DNA of 64,000 bases from Bugula neritina. Lineage: Eukaryota; Animalia; Bryozoa. The position numbers and the translations under genes were made by a program. Each line of letters starts with the position of its first letter. Positions within the stretch are counted from its first letter, which is position 1. The notes beneath the pieces were generated by a model. That model searched no databases. It was not told where the DNA came from and worked only from the letters and a program-made list of their open reading frames with translations. Shown here one piece after another: positions 62,642-64,000 of the stretch. The stretch lies in contig OZ037766.1 in NCBI GenBank assembly GCA_964035545.1, forward strand, positions 18,625,081 through 18,689,080, in the 5' to 3' direction.

Positions 62642-64000
62642 CTATTCTAACAGATAAAGCCTCAACTTCCTCCCAAATTCATTAGGGTTGCTAATTGACC
62701 GTAAAGGGATTGGCAGTTCATTCCATAGTGCCACCTCCTGATAACAGTTTCTTCTGTGACCTGCTGCTGTTTGAGAGTGAGGAAGGGGGAGATTTATGAA
62801 TGATTGACGTGTATTGATAGAGTGAGTGGGAAAAAAATTGTCAGAGTAGAAAAAAGAATGAGCTTTCTTTAACACTTTAAAACGGTAAATCTGGTATATT
62901 GAGAGAACTTTATGCTTAGTAAATAGAGGCGCTGATGGATGGTCAAACGGTTTTTTGTTCATGATACGCATTACCTTTTTTTGAAAAATAAAAATCTTGT
63001 TTAGATGGGTATTAGCTGCATTTCCCCAGGCCTCTGCACAATAATTTAACTTGGAATTGATGAAAGAATTATATATCAAAAGTAAAATTTTTTGAGGGAG
63101 ATATTCAGAACATCGGTATATTAATCCACTAAGTGGTCGTAATTTTGTAAGTAGGTTTGAGATGTGCAAGCTCCAATTTAAATTTTTATCTATTTGTACA
63201 CCTAGAAAAGTTATGCTGTTAGAGTAATTTATAGGTCTTTTATTTAATAATATACAGTTTTCTAGAATTTGAAAAGGATTTTGGTAGTTTTTTAAAACAA
63301 TATAGTTGCATTTTTCATAGTTTATAGTGAGTTTGTTTTTATTGCACCAAATTGACAGAGAGTTTAGATCTTGATTTATAGCTTCCAAATGGGAGTTCAA
63401 ATCTTTTGATTCAAAAAATAAATTAGTGTCGTCGGCATAGAAAATGGGATTAAAAAGTTTAAATTGTTGAGCAAGATCGTTTATATATATCAAAAATAAG
63501 GTAGGGCCCAAGACAGATCCCTGGGGAACCCCACAGGTCACTGATCGTGAACTTGATAAGGTTGCATTTACTAGTGTGGAATGACTTCGGTTTGATAGGT
63601 AGTTAGCAACCCATGACACTGTGGATTCACTAAAACCAAGTTTTCTCATTTTTGCAAGTAAAATATTGTGATTTATAGTGTCAAAAGCCTTACTAAAATC
63701 TATAAAAATTCCGAGAACGCAATTTCCATTGTTAAAAGCTTCGAGCGTATTATTTTTAAATTTAACAACAGCATCTGCAGTACTTAAATTTTTTCGAAAG
63801 CCATATTGATTCTTAGAAATCAAATTTTTAGATTCTAAAAAGTTTAAAATTTGATTGTTAACAATTTTTTCAAGTATTTTACTAAAAATGGGGAGGATTG
63901 AAATAGGGCGGTAGTTTTCACATCTGTCATGAGAACCTTTTTTGTAGAATGGTAATATTTTAGCAGTTTTAATTTGCGCTGGAACAATTTTTTCTTCTAT
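62642..64000 (-). CDS. LINE ORF2, reverse transcriptase and C-terminal region (5'-partial, 452 codons visible)
   Basis: Manual translation upstream of the track's TTG 'start' stays open to base 64000: IEEKIVPAQIKTAKILPFYKKGSHDRCENYRPISILPIFSKILEKIVNNQILNFLESKNL-ISKNQYGFR. Non-LTR RT motifs present: NYRPISIL, QYGFR, DFSKAFDTINH, GVPQGSVLGPTLF, YADD, FLGV, then YCAEAWG and LWNELP. Stop TAG at 62642-62644. Confidence 0.96.
   Translation of the reverse strand: MEEKIVPAQIKTAKILPFYKKGSHDRCENYRPISILPIFSKILEKIVNNQILNFLESKNLISKNQYGFRKNLSTADAVVKFKNNTLEAFNNGNCVLGIFIDFSKAFDTINHNILLAKMRKLGFSESTVSWVANYLSNRSHSTLVNATLSSSRSVTCGVPQGSVLGPTLFLIYINDLAQQFKLFNPIFYADDTNLFFESKDLNSHLEAINQDLNSLSIWCNKNKLTINYEKCNYIVLKNYQNPFQILENCILLNKRPINYSNSITFLGVQIDKNLNWSLHISNLLTKLRPLSGLIYRCSEYLPQKILLLIYNSFINSKLNYCAEAWGNAANTHLNKIFIFQKKVMRIMNKKPFDHPSAPLFTKHKVLSIYQIYRFKVLKKAHSFFYSDNFFPTHSINTRQSFINLPLPHSQTAAGHRRNCYQEVALWNELPIPLRSISNPNEFGRKLRLYLLE

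Larger units (their letters stand above)
62467..64000 (-). mobile_element. Non-LTR retrotransposon (LINE), CR1/L2 group (Crack/Daphne/L2-like); 3' portion, continues beyond the window
   Basis: Minus-strand RT ORF, about 155-bp 3' UTR with stem-loop, AATAAA (plus-strand TTTATT 62490-62495) and short tandem-repeat tail (AAAC)5. Clade is inferred from motif style and tail type. Confidence 0.93.

Noticed and set aside
62642-64000. Bacterial retron, group II intron or DGR reverse transcriptase paired with the repeat array; or telomerase-like synthesis of the array
   Set aside because: The motifs, 3' UTR, AATAAA and microsatellite tail are those of a eukaryotic non-LTR element. No template for the 10-mer is visible in the element, and the kb-scale duplications with shared SNPs indicate DNA-level recombination.

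Overview
This window is eukaryotic, probably animal, heterochromatin and contains no host gene. About 94% of it is one tandem satellite array with a 10-bp monomer (T[T/A/G]CAGT[A/G]T[G/A]T, usually the 20-bp dimer TTCAGTATGT-T[A/G]CAGTATAT). The monomers are grouped into modules of about 310, 390 and 860-870 bp. These modules form nested, near-identical higher-order duplications with periods of 2430, 8810, 3960, 2130, 2870, 9690/11820 and 1870 bp, all multiples of 10. The 10-bp phase breaks only once inside the array, at about 42378-42381. Two transposable elements interrupt it. (1) A 2566-bp non-autonomous DNA transposon (44363-46928) has CAC...GTG ends, a 2-bp TT target-site duplication, about 170 bp of degenerate inverted ends and an internal tRNA-derived Pol III cassette; it is probably CMC/EnSpm-Mirage type. 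(2) The 3' part of a CR1/L2-group LINE lies on the minus strand (about 62467 to beyond 64000), with an uninterrupted RT frame, a 3'-UTR stem-loop, AATAAA and an (AAAC)5 tail that joins the satellite through a shared TGTT. The hundreds of plus-strand C/Y/V/S/Q-rich ORFs are artefacts of the repeat. I cannot demonstrate a new protein-coding system; the candidate novelties are structural.
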